Below are positions 12,860 to 24,228 of a stretch of DNA of 64,000 bases, piece by piece. The notes under the pieces are model-generated. The model ran no database searches. It was not told where the DNA came from and saw nothing but the letters and a program-made list of their open reading frames with translations. This DNA comes from Squalus acanthias (taxonomy: Eukaryota). Numbering within the stretch: position 1 is the stretch's first letter; each line of letters starts with the position of its first letter. Position numbers and translations under genes: made by a program. The stretch covers positions 39,556,001 to 39,620,000 of the forward strand of contig CM059436.1 of NCBI GenBank assembly GCA_030390025.1. Reading direction: 5' to 3'.

Positions 12860-13750
12860 TCTTACTACATGGGTTATATATATCAAATACACTATCATTA
12901 CAAGTTGGAGATCTACCAGAGCATGTGAAATAATACGAACCTAAGGGTGTGCTGATATATTAAGCCTAATATCCCACCAGTGTGAATCGTCCCCTATGCT
13001 GTCAATTTCAATATCTATTCTTGAGTTGTCTTGCTACAAAACATAAAAGTGCTTTAGGAAAGAGTTCAATCGCATCACGAGCTCACTGAAGCCCTCAGAT
13101 AACAGGGGAATGTATTACCCGAATTGTGCCACATAATTGTGCAGCTCATACTTAAGTATCTCATTTACTGTCAGTTTCACTTGAGCATCGGTTTTGATAT
13201 TGATTAAAACGTGTTGGTTGATGGGACAGGTCCTGTTAGACTAGTTGCGGTAGTAGTGACACAGGAGGCACCACCAAAACCACCTCATACTGGATTCGTA
13301 CTGGTTTTTCCCAATGCTCTGTTATCTACAAAACACAATTATTACAGTCACAGTTAAATTTAGTCTTACAATCATTTTAAGCGACATTACAGTTTAACAT
13401 CTAATCAACAAGTCATGGATTTAAAAGATTCTCCAAATCTCTTTTACTCGTATCCATCTTGTGGATAATTCTTGCTAAACCTGATTTCTCCTTAGCCCTC
13501 AATTGTCCCAATCCAAATTCCATGTAACTCTCTGCTTCAACTTCAATTTCAATCCCTCTAACAGGTACCAGTGTGTTTAACTCTATTCTGATTGTTTCAT
13601 TAATTAGATAGTTTCTTGATGGAGTATGTGTCAATGCTTTAACAGTTGTCTCACTCTCCTGAGCCACATTAACCATTTCATGTCTTGCTGTTGTCAAGTA
13701 ACTGAGCATGTCTGAGACCCGTTCTTCAGTGCAGAGTCACCATGCATTTC
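12860..13750 (-). pseudogene. Decayed env-like glycoprotein remnant
   Basis: Manual translation gives a helical stretch, then IEIDSIGDDSHWWDIRLNISAHP*VRIISHALVDLQLVMIVYLIYITHVVR (aromatic motif plus TM-like segment), placed just before the PPT and 3' LTR. Stops and frameshifts are present and the boundaries are approximate. Confidence 0.55.
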
Positions 13751-14523
13751 CGGATGGTAATTGCTTCATATGTAACAAATCACATTTGCACACTCATACC
13801 AGTATCCCAATATCATGCCACACATGCCATCAGATATAAGCCATTCTCGGGCTTTCAGGTGATCTTATCAAAAGATTGTCTGGAGATCTTTGCTCATCTT
13901 CCACCGCATGGCCCCGGTGTCTCGGGTATTGGCCAGACTACCAAATTCAGTTTTCTTAAAAAGTTCATTATAGGCAGGGACACAAATGTCTCCAAGAGAA
14001 AGCTATCAATTTCTCATTCTTAACTACACTTTCCTGACTTTCAATAGAAAGTTAGGAAAATTCCCATTTGGTAGTATAATTTTCCTGTTTCAATCTTACA
14101 TCTTAAGTGGGGCATCCCATTAATTATTATTCATATCTCATTCATGAGCCCTGGAGGAACTTCACTGTCCAATACAATATTAAAGATAGAAAACATAGAT
14201 TAAAGTTGTTTGGTGAACCAATTAAAAAAAAAACAGCTGCCAGCGGAAATGGTTAAATCATTTGCAGGTTGATAAGGCGGCGGAGCAAATATTCTTATTA
14301 ACTAAACACGATACAGAACAGATAAAATAAAACAAAAAAAAACACTAAGTTACATAATATTTCTCTTTGTTCTTTCTTCAGATGCCTTTTCAAATGACTG
14401 TAAAAATACTGAATACAACTGGAGAAAAATTAGTTTTCACACTTAAACTAAACAAATCAAACTGCTTTGGAAAATTCACGATAGCAACTGCAACTCCAAG
14501 GTTGAATCTTAGACTGAAACTTA

Positions 14524-15213
14524 GGGCTGGATTTTGTCTTGGGGTCGAGTTGGAGTCGTGTCATCCGCATTTCGTGTTATCCGCCCGCCTGAAATTGGAT
14601 GTGGGAGATTGATGCAATTTTCACTTAATTGGGCAATTGAGTTCCAGCATGTGGGAACCCATGAACCAATTAGTGGTTTCAGTCTGAAAGTCGCCTCTGA
14701 TGATGTCATCATTGCAGGTCAGAGACTGCCTGGTCTCAGAGATTGCCTGGCCTTTGCTGTGAGAGGACCTGGATGCAAAATGAGCAGCATCTCAGAGAGA
14801 GAGAGAGAGAGAGAGAGAATTTTTTTTCCATCCAGGTCCTCCAAAGGCCCCAGCAGTCTCTGAAGACATTCAATGCAGCAGCATCAGAGTCGACTTTCAG
14901 ACCGAATACTACTACTACCTTCATCACATCTCCGTTGTAATAGTGGACCTGCAGCTGATAGTCAGCTATCCACTTGTGCTCCCGCCAGGTTTCACTGGCG
15001 TGTTTCACATCAGGCGTGCTTCACGTCAGAAAAGGGTTAAACTAGCTAAAAATTTTCAAAATGGCATTACAGAGCCAATTTAGGGCTTGTTATGGGCTTT
15101 AATGGCCTCTCCCGCCTCTTGGAGGCGGGACGGAGTCGGGAACACCGAATCTGCAACTTTAACCCCTCACAAGCCTCCAAATCCGACTCCACAGGTCATT
15201 GAAAATCCAGCCC
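14524..15213. mobile_element. Harbinger MITE inserted in the ERV interior
   Basis: TIRs GGGCTGGATTTT / AAAATCCAGCCC with a perfect TSD TTA (14521-14523, 15214-15216). Contains a (GA)n tract at about 14795-14818. Confidence 0.9.
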
Positions 15214-15679
15214 TTAATCTTTTGTTAAACAAACTTTTTGTTTTTCTCAGGTTTTCCACACCTGCCTAACTTAAATTGTAGTTCAAAGTTTTCTTTCCCA
15301 ATTCTGGGTGCACAATCTTATTCGCACATTCTTAAAACTTCCAAAATCCAAGACAAGACTACAAAAGGGTTAAATGGCTTTTAGCGCTATGCACAGAAAA
15401 GTGGGTGGAGCTAAAACAAACATAACAGACACTTTCTTTTAACGACAGACTTTCAGACAAAAGGAACACTGTAACTTCCCAAACACTCACAGATGGTTTG
15501 CAAAAAGACATCAAAATTCACACTGAAAACAAATACAAATCTGTAGAACAGCAGAAAAGAGACATGATCTTCCCTTTTCTCCTTTATTCCATCATAATTA
15601 TTTTATCCTTTCTCCCATAAACCAATTTTCAATTTTTGATGTTTTCTACTGAATCTCATTCTGTACTGATTACTGCCAC

Positions 15680-16010
15680 TGGGAATCTGGGAGAGTAGGG
15701 TGGGTGTCTCCCGAACCACCGGGCCACACACGGGGGTGACTGAATTGAATTTGCGATAGTCAATAGTCATCCAATAGTCACCCGGTTTTCTAACCGACCA
15801 AACTGTGGAGCTGGTCGTGAACATGCCTTTGCGAACAACACTCTGCTTTAGCTCCAAGGGAAGGGATCCTTGTATAGTTGTCTGGATTGAATTGTCAAAG
15901 CCCAATAAAACTTGGGGCATGCCCTTTGTAGGATCGGGGTGGGGATCGTGAATGATGGTGGCGGAGGAGCCGGAGTCGACTAACATTAATTGTTGACGGG
16001 CTCCAGAATT
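15680..16010 (-). pseudogene. Retroviral aspartic protease and N-terminal RT fragment (pol truncated)
   Basis: LVDSGSSATII is the protease DSG motif. SSTVWSVRKPGDYWMTIDYRKFNSVTP is the RT N-terminal motif. No YxDD, RNase H or integrase was seen. Confidence 0.85.
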
Positions 16011-17757
16011 AACAGTGTGGACTACTGGTCTCCCACCACCATCGTATCGGAGAGGGGAAGTCAGCTCTCCCTGAGAGGCCTGCAGGAGTCATAGGGGAGG
16101 TGGAAGGACTGCTGTTTGTTCGGGTTGTTGATGCACCGCGGCAACCGGTAGGGCTCCCTGGCCGATGGTCAAAGCCCCTAATGCTGCCTCCATCCTTTCT
16201 AGTCGTTGTTTGAGTGAGTCGGGGCCTGCCTGTCTGGGGGGGTTGTGACCGTTGTTGCATTGACGGGCATAGTGGCCGAGACGGTGGCAGAGATAGCAGC
16301 GCACCGAAGCATTTTTCCCTGGAGTTCTAGATGGCCCTAACTTTTGGTTAGGCAGCGGGCCCTCAACGGCCAATACAGCAACCTTGGCAGGTGTCCTAGG
16401 GATATTGGCACGGGTCTGATCCCAAGCAATCCTGGCATGGACGCGTATTTGATCCCACTTGGTGTCTTTAGAGACATAAACGCCCAGTGCGTTACGGACC
16501 AGCGGTTGGAGGCCATTCAAAAAGAGGGTTTTGAAGATGGGTAGTTGAAGTAATTTCCTCCACCGCTCCTGGTGCGCTGGAAGATGCCATGGAGTTTATG
16601 CGCAAAGGCATTCGGGCTTTCGGTAGGGCCCTGTTTGGTGTTAGCTAGGAGCTGGTGAAAATCAATGCCCTCCTCCCCTAGTGTTTGACATAGTTCTAAC
16701 TCAATCTCATCTATTGTGGCCCCCGCTCAGGATGTCCAGGTCCATTTCTTGTTTTAATCCTGAGGAACATGCATCCAGGAGGACCTGTTTGAGGTCGTCC
16801 CCTTCTAGTTCTGGGTGGGTGATTATAAAAATCCTCCACCGCTGCCTGAAGTCGAGGGGGCTGGTGTCCATATCCACCGCCCCCAGGTTAGCTTTTAGCG
16901 CCCCCACTTCAACCGCGGTAAGGGACCGATGCGTGGTTGTGGTAGTGGTTTCTGCCTCGCTACTAGTGGTGGTCGAGGAGGCTGCCCCGCCTTCCAGGTC
17001 TCGGTCAGCCTGGCGCTTGGGCTTGCGTGCTGCCTTAGCTCGGGTGACCACACATACTGGTATCGTCTCCCCTGCCTGACCATCCTTGTATGGTGGGGCG
17101 GAGCAGAGGGAACAGAGGGAGCCAAGGGAGTAGGGTCCCCAACTATATTGTCCTAGCAAAGGCCGGGATCTTTCGGTTTGATTTTGCAGACAGCAGCCAC
17201 CACTGCCCGTTGTTGGCCGATTTGTGCCTGCAGCTGTTGGATTTTTTCTAAGCACAGGCCATGGTCTGCTTCGGGGAAGGCAGTGGTTTGGCGCTGATTT
17301 AATTCCCTTAACGCTCCCCTTGCATCCTCTAACTCCTCACACAATCTGGTGTTTTCTGCCTGTAGTTCAATATTCTGCTTGAGTATTTGATCTAGTTTCT
17401 TTTGTGTACACTGCATTTTGTCATGAATCTTTTGCTCCCAGCACAACTGGTTGCGGAGGGCAGAAAGGTTCTCTCGCCATTCACTTCTTTCTTCCCGCAT
17501 CTGGCTTACTAAATCTTTTAACTCTTTAATGTCCCTATTTAACTGGGCAGCGCACAAGTGTGCCCCGTAAGCTCACCTATCTCAGCCTCTCTTTATTTTA
17601 AGTTTGTTTTTCTGAACATCCTCGAGTGTTTCTCAAGGATGTAGTCATAGTCCCCGTTACCGTCTTCTAGGATTTTTAGGAGGTCCGCTGCTGCCGACGT
17701 GCTGACTTTTTCTGTCAGGCTGTCTGCTGGCTGTTCTCGATGGTATGCCAATGCCAT
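16010..17757 (-). pseudogene. gag (frameshifted): N-terminal coiled coil, capsid-like region, CCHC zinc knuckle
   Basis: Heptad-rich ORF 17153..17557, MHR-like TKQGPTESPNAFAHKL near 16600-16650, and CYLCHRLGHYARQC in ORF 16089..16520. Putative ATG at 17757. Confidence 0.85.
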
Positions 17758-17904
17758 TGTATCTCTGGTATTACCTTTACCTCACTCTCTCTCTCTCTCC
17801 CCTCTTTCAGGGAGCTCCCTACTTAGTCTTAAGCGACGATCACGCGCAGTCGACCAAGTCCCTCCGGTCCCCACAACTGGAACCTTACAACTCCCAACCC
17901 TGTG

Positions 17905-17922
17905 ATCCCACTTCTGACACCA
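17905..17922 (-). promoter_or_regulatory. Primer-binding site complementary to tRNA-Leu
   Basis: TGGTGTCAGAAGTGGGAT starts 1 nt after the 5' LTR and is complementary to the vertebrate tRNA-Leu 3' end ATCCCACTTCTGACACCA. Confidence 0.9.
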
Positions 17923-17923
17923 C

Positions 17924-19152
17924 TGTAAGATTTTGGATCACAGTCACACACAGATTACCCAAAGGGTCTTAGGAGTTGTAAGGCATTTTATTAAAGAGCG
18001 ACAGTTTAAGTTAAGTACAACACGCAATCAAGATAGACATAGTCGACATACGACCGTGACAAGCAGCTGGTATCGGTCCCGATTGGACAGACGGCTGGGT
18101 CTTCCCTTCACCGTCTGTGCTAAAAGCTCTTTTGATGGCCCAGAAATTCGTCCGAATACGGGAGAGTACACACTGTGTACTCACCCATATTCGGTCCCGA
18201 AGTGCCGGTTTCCTGCATGCACTGCGCATGTGCGGGAAACCGGCACTTCCGATATTGCGAAGGGGGCAGTTCCTAAGTGAACCGCGTGCGCACTACAGGC
18301 TGTGCGCACGCAGCACACTTAGTTTTTTTTCAGGTTTGAACGCGAAGGTGAGTGTTGAAGATTTTACACATGAAAAAAGCAGGCGTAAGACCCCCTTTTA
18401 ACAAGGTAAGTAGTTAATTAAGTATTATTTTAAATTTTTTTCAACAGATTTATCTTTTTTAGAGACTTTAAAGAAAGGTAAGTTTATTTTTATAACTTTT
18501 AAACAGAATTTAAATTTTTTCAAAAATTTAAATTTTTGTTTAAAGTGGTTAATTTATTTAACTATAGTTATTTTATTAATGTGATGGTTTTTAAAAAAAA
18601 ATTAATTGAGGTTTAGCTGTTCTTTTGGGGGCAATTTGTATTCATAGCTTTGACAGCTCTTCCTGTCAAAACTATGAATGAAAGATGGTGTGCTGCCATT
18701 GGCTCTAACTGGCTCACGTGATCCCAGATGTCGCATCGAACTAACTGCGCCTCTGGGACACGCACACACTGCGCGCCGGCACCAGGGAGAGGCCCAGGAA
18801 CTGAAGTTCGTGTGGGCCAAAACCATAAAGGCAGGCGCGGAGTGCGATATCGCGGGGGATCCTTACCCCCGCGGCAACCATCGAAATCCAATTTCTGGGC
18901 CAATATCTCTTTTACTCTCTTTTTAGGGGTGGGCCATGGGTAGATTATCAAAGATACAGTCAACAACCTTTCTAGCACACAAACAGCAGACAGCTAGTCT
19001 GGAAACAAGTTCACCACCACGGTGCAGAATGTTATAACATCCACAGGGAACCAAGGACATAAGCAAATTCTAAGCATCTATCCAGTTATTCGGACACCAG
19101 TCTGAAGAGACATTTGTCTCAAGTTATTTCTTCCAATTCATGATTTCTTACA
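17924..19152 (-). repeat. 5' LTR, interrupted by a MITE
   Basis: Matches 11922-12402 apart from the 18137-18901 insertion, an ~18-bp indel and scattered substitutions. Confidence 0.92.
18137..18901. mobile_element. Harbinger-type MITE in the 5' LTR
   Basis: TIRs GGCCCAGAAATT / AATTTCTGGGCC, flanked by GAT / AAT where the other LTR has a single GAT. Same family as 56235-56884, in the opposite orientation. Confidence 0.9.
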
Positions 19153-19492
19153 ACTGCAAGGAGAGAAAGAAGCGAAAGTTGAGTGAGAGTAATGGAATGA
19201 GTATAAGGAATGGATGGGTTGCATCTTTAGAGGGTGTAATTGATGGATTGGGGTGGCAATGCCAAGTGGCCTCCTTGCGTGTTGTTAGTTGGTATGATTG
19301 CATTAGGATGAAGTTGAGTGTGAGGGGTGGCTAGTAAGATGGGGATGTGATAATGTAGATAGAGAGGGATGGGTGGACATGCAAGGTATGTTGTTGTGAG
19401 TAATGATGTGCAGGAGTAGGGTTGGGAAGGCAGAGTGATGGGATGTGATGAGAGGCACAGCAGGATGAAGTTGAGTGTGGCTTTGTACTCAC

Positions 19493-19731
19493 CTTTCCTG
19501 ATCTAATGAGATAATTGAAACATTTCCAGTACTGCACCCAGGTCCTCCTGAACACAGCCCTGCTGTTGACCTCCTCTGCAATTGGAGCCAGGCTCTTTTT
19601 GCCTCCTGGGGAGGTCTCCTCCACCCATTCGAAGGGAAGAGGACCTCCCTGCGTGCTCTGACTCCCTCCACAAGCATATGGAGGGAGTCATTGGAGAACT
19701 TGGCTACAGCCCTCTGCCTCTGTGCAGTCAT
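19493..19731 (-). pseudogene. Harbinger Myb/SANT-like protein, exon 1 (frameshifted); downstream exons at about 11495-11920
   Basis: MTAQRQRAVAKFSNDSLHMLVEGVRARREVLFPSNGWRRPPQEAKRAWLQ followed by a GTGAGT donor. Exon 2 (EKRAHNKRERERTGGG) lies beyond the ERV. Confidence 0.8.
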
Positions 19732-22731
19732 GTCTCCAAGTGTTTGGAGCAATCAAAGCCTCCAATGCAGGGACTGCACACTCCTAGATGAACCTTCAAA
19801 TGTAATGTGGGCATGGCTCCTTTAAATATCCCGGCTGAAAATGCATCATCGCTGACGTCATCAGACCCGCACCATTTAATAGGGCCGGGTAATGCGCAGG
19901 ATGGGCTTAATAGGCCCCATTAGCACAAAATTGATTTCTGCAGCGGGATAGAAGCAACAACGGGGTCACGACCTGCCACGCCGACCGCCCGCACCCGACC
20001 CGCCAAAGTAAAGAAAATTCCAGCCACAGTCTCTAAAAGGCTGTCAAGGTGATTGTCATCATGCTATGCCAGACTTTACTATGTTGCCTTACATTGCATG
20101 CTCAGGGAAGTTCACTGAAAGCTTGGTACAGCATCACGGAGGTAGAATGCCTAACACTTTAGTTCAGTTAATTCCAAATGCACAGGCATGCCCATGTTTT
20201 TGCTGAATGATCTGCACTGCTGCCATGCCAGTGCTTTTGTCTTGTCGTCCACGATATGAGACAAGTTGCAAATAGCAAGGGCATTGCCAACATAAGCTAT
20301 CTGCATGTTACATATTAAGAAATTCACATAAGGTATGCTATGCATTTGTGTAGACAGATCCGGTGACTGCACTTAACCAATGCTAAACTCAGACAAGAGT
20401 AAGCCTCTTGATCCTTGTTACATTGATGGGTTTAAACATTTAAACATTCTTATCTATAATATTATTTTATATCTTAGATTACTTTTGAATATGAGTCCCA
20501 AATCCCCAAAACTTTTGAAAGTATCAATCCTCACCTTACGGTACGTTTTTGTTAATGCACCTGGTTAAACATAGATCAGACCTTATTTGCTTTTCGCACC
20601 GTGATGTGTAAATGAGCTGACCTTGCATTATGGCCCAGGATCAGCTCTGTGCACAATGTAAAAATAAGAGAATTATCTTATGCTTCTACAAGATCTATTT
20701 CAGTCTTTGCAAATGGTAGAGAATCACAGCAGAATTTGTTTAAATAATAAATAAGCAAAAAAAACTAACATATATATTTATATTAAAACATCTTTTATCG
20801 ATTTCCTTGAGCTGATAAAAATAATAAAAGATCGTAACTCTGAGAATGAAGCTAAGCTTTTCTAGCTAACTTTTAAGTACAGTATTTCTCATTTGTTTCT
20901 GGAATATCAAGCTGAGCATCTGGGTTGCTGATCAGGCATTCCACCGAATTATAGAGCTGTAGCCTCATTAACATATTTTTGGACCCTTAATGAACACGCG
21001 CACAGGCTGTCAAAGCCACAAACGCTTTGCACTGAATTATGGTGTGCCCTGTGCACTCGGTGCTGAGCAGGCTTTAGCACTCCATAATAAGGGAAACGAG
21101 TGCCCAATGCACAGCAGCACCAGGAGACAACATTAGGCTGGTTAAAAGGCTTGCTGGAAACTCATGCTCAGAATTAAAGTGGTATAAATATGGCTTTATG
21201 GAACAAAGCCAGATTTTGCACTCCACCAGCACCTGTTCCACTCCTGCACCACCAACCTCACTGATTAGAAAATAGGTCCTCCCGTTGAACTAACAAGTTT
21301 TTTATACCATCTTCTACTCTTAACTCATTGTTTCCAAGGACCTCAAAACTGAAACTTCTTAACTTCAATCTTCTTTCTATAACCTTCAGGCTTTTAAATC
21401 ACAAGTTAGACATCACCTAACTAGTACTTCTTGATTTACTTCATCTTCTCTCCTATTTTTTCCTTCCTTGGTCAATTGCATGGGCAATACAAAACAAAAA
21501 ATTACTAAATAATCTTTCCTCTTTTTGGCCAGCAGAGAGACTGCTAGCCGTGATATGCAGCAGCAGACCTCTAATATGTCACAGCCAAATTAGTCCTCCC
21601 CCAGGTGGACTTCCCAATGGATACCTGGGAGCTAGGCTAAAAATGCAAATGATCCTAATCCCAGGAAATGGTCTGAGGCCAAGGGTGCATCTTTTTGCTG
21701 GATGAAACTCCCACTTCAGGGAAGTTGTGCTGGGATTCTACAACAGTGGAACTTAAATATTTTAATTTTTCATTGAGCATTTGATAAGATTCCCTCACAG
21801 GAAACTTCTGGCTAAAGTGAAGCTCATGGGATGCAAGATGAATTTGTAAGTTCATTATTAATTGCCTAAAAAATAGGAAACAGAAGATAGTTATTAATGG
21901 TAATACAGTATTTCCAATTGACCATCTGTGACTCTTGAAGTCCCCCAGAGCTTGGTCAAAGGTATTATAAGTAGGATGTTTAAGTTTGTGGGTAATACAA
22001 AGTTGTGTTGGAAAGCAGAATGTTTTACGAAGACAAAAATCATTCCTAGAGCTCGACACTGGATGGATAAGTCAATTAATATGGAGAATAGCATGTAATT
22101 ATTGGTAGTAAATATCACAAGTATGAGTATCCAGTGAAAGCTACATTAATAAATAAGATATTGCAGGAAAAATGACTACATTTGCCAGTTGATCAAATGT
22201 TGTAAGGTGTGTCACTACAATGTAGTCGACACTCCATTAATATTGAATACAGTCATAAAATCATAGGGGGAAAAATTCAGTTGCTTTGCACCTCCCGTTA
22301 GTGCCCTAAGAGGGCGCTAATGGGGTGCAAAGCAACTAGCGCCTGGGCATGGTGATGTTTGCGCCGCTCGTGAAATTGACCAGGGTTTTTGTGGCGGCGC
22401 TAAACTCTACCGCCACGATCTCCTTCGCCCGCAGATCGTGACGTCAGTCGAGCGTGCAACGCCCCGGTGGCGCCCCGGACCAGATATTGAGTGGCGCCCC
22501 CTTCCTTTCAGCCTGCCACAAGCAACGACAGGGAGAGTGGAACGTTTTGCAGTCGGGAAGGGGCTGGGAGAGCGCTATTTAAAGGCGCCCTCTTCCTGCC
22601 TTTTTTTGTGGGAGACATTTTTGCACCACTCATTCTGAGAGAGAGAGAGAGAGAGACTTCTGGACAGATTCAATACTGTGTGAAGTAGTTTTGGCTACTG
22701 AGCAGCACTTTGCAGGTTCATTTGGATTTCA

Positions 22732-23916
22732 TTGCTTCGATTGTCAAGAGACTGTGGGGGCTGCACTGATTCGGGGCGTCGTCCTGCACCTGCAGAATTG
22801 GAGGCATCAGAGACGCAGAGAGAGAGTGGCAATCATGGCCAGAGGGAGGAGGGCCAACAGGCCTCTGCACAGGGGACCTTACCTACCAGGGTATTCCGGG
22901 AACAATTCTCCTACATTCATTTGTCTGAGGAGCAGTGTTTGCGCAGGCTGCGCTTCAGCAAGGAGGTGGTCACTGAGCTCTGCCACCTGCTGCAACCAGA
23001 TCTGCAGCCTCAACTGAGGACCAGGACGTCTCTGTCGGTGGCAGTGAAGATCACAGTGGCTCTGAATTTTTATGCCACCGGCTCCTTTCAAGCAGCTACT
23101 GGGGACATTGCCAATATCTCCCAGTTCGCGGTCCATTGCTGTATCAGGGAGGTGACAAATGCCCTCTATAAAAGGAGATGCCAGTACATCTCTTTCCCGA
23201 TGACCCGGGCCAAACAGCATGAACGTGCATTGGGCTTTGCGAGGATAGCGGGCTTCCCCATGGTGCAGGGCACCATTGACTGCACGCATGTGGCATTGCA
23301 GGCACAGCATGAGAATGCAGAGGTTTTCCGAAACCGCAAGGGGTTCCACTCCTTAAATGTCCAATTGGTCAGTGACCACAGACAGCTGATACTCGCCGTC
23401 AATGCCCGCTATCCTGGCAGCAGCCACGATGCTTTCATCCTGCACCAGATTGGTGTGCCAGACCTTTTCCAGGCATCGCATCAGCCAAGTGGTTGGCTCC
23501 TCGGGAACAAGGGGTATCCACTCTGCACCTGGCTGATGACACCGCTCCGTAACCCCGACACCCCTGCCGAGCTGCGGTACAATGAGAGCCATCAAGCTAC
23601 CAGGAACATAATTGAGCAGACGATCGGCATGCTCAAGCAATGGTTCCGCTGTCTGGGCTACTCAGGAGGAGCCCTGCAGTACTCTCCTGAGCGAGTCTCC
23701 CTCTTCATAGTTGTTTGCTGCATTCTTCATAACCTTGCAATCCTCAGGACCAAGCCAATGCCACCAGGCATTGGTGCACCACCGGAGGAGGAGGAGGAGG
23801 AAGAGGAGGAGAAAGAGGAGGAGGATGATCAGCAGCAGCACCAAGGCGGGAGGGAGGCCCACAATGTTGAAACTGCAAGGGCCGTCCATCAACGGCTGAT
23901 AACAAGCCGCTTCTAG
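22732..23916 (+). CDS. Harbinger (HARBI1-like) DDE transposase, open frame but probably inactive
   Basis: 394-codon ORF with GTIDCTH, NRKGFHSLNVQ, YPGSSHDAFIL, LLGNKGY (second catalytic D changed to N), IEQTIGMLK and an acidic tail. The native start appears mutated. Confidence 0.85.
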   Translation: MLRLSRDCGGCTDSGRRPAPAELEASETQRESGNHGQREEGQQASAQGTLPTRVFREQFSYIHLSEEQCLRRLRFSKEVVTELCHLLQPDLQPQLRTRTSLSVAVKITVALNFYATGSFQAATGDIANISQFAVHCCIREVTNALYKRRCQYISFPMTRAKQHERALGFARIAGFPMVQGTIDCTHVALQAQHENAEVFRNRKGFHSLNVQLVSDHRQLILAVNARYPGSSHDAFILHQIGVPDLFQASHQPSGWLLGNKGYPLCTWLMTPLRNPDTPAELRYNESHQATRNIIEQTIGMLKQWFRCLGYSGGALQYSPERVSLFIVVCCILHNLAILRTKPMPPGIGAPPEEEEEEEEEKEEEDDQQQHQGGREAHNVETARAVHQRLITSRF

Positions 23917-24228
23917 GCCCCTACTCAGAAGATGGCTTCTGGCATGGAGAACAACATGATGGAAAGCAACCCGCAACCCCTATAGCCAGCCAAGGCAGCA
24001 ATGATTCCAAAGGCCAAACATGTACATTTTGAAAACAACAACTTTTTAAATTTACAAACTCTGTGTGTGTCATTTATTCATGACAAACTAATAGAAACAA
24101 ACACAACAAATCATTAATTAACATAACTGGTTCTCACAAGCTGGAGATAATGGCCAAAACACTAAACAAAAGTTATCAGACGAACCTCGGCCTTTAATAA
24201 AAACATTCCCAACATTTCTTGAGACCTC

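Larger units (their letters stand above)
11922..19152 (-). mobile_element. Endogenous retrovirus-like LTR element (defective, lokiretrovirus-like features)
   Basis: Paired LTRs with TGTAAG...CTTACA termini, PBS, PPT, gag-pro-partial RT and an env-like remnant. 4-bp TSD CCTG (11918-11921) / ACTG (19153-19156). Confidence 0.9.
9909..20026 (+). mobile_element. Harbinger transposon (defective), interrupted by the ERV at 11922-19152
   Basis: TIR-like ends GGACCGGAATTTTC / GAAAATTCCAGCCA. Transposase on + and Myb/SANT exons on - lie on both sides of the ERV. Confidence 0.85.

Noticed and set aside
17905-17922. tRNA-Leu gene fragment
   Set aside because: Only the 18-nt 3' end including CCA is present, next to an LTR. 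It is a primer-binding site.
22732-23916. Domesticated host gene HARBI1, with NAIF1/MSANTD for the Myb ORFs
   Set aside because: The ORFs lie inside TIR/TSD-bounded elements, occur in several decayed copies and carry catalytic or nonsense mutations, so they are transposon genes.
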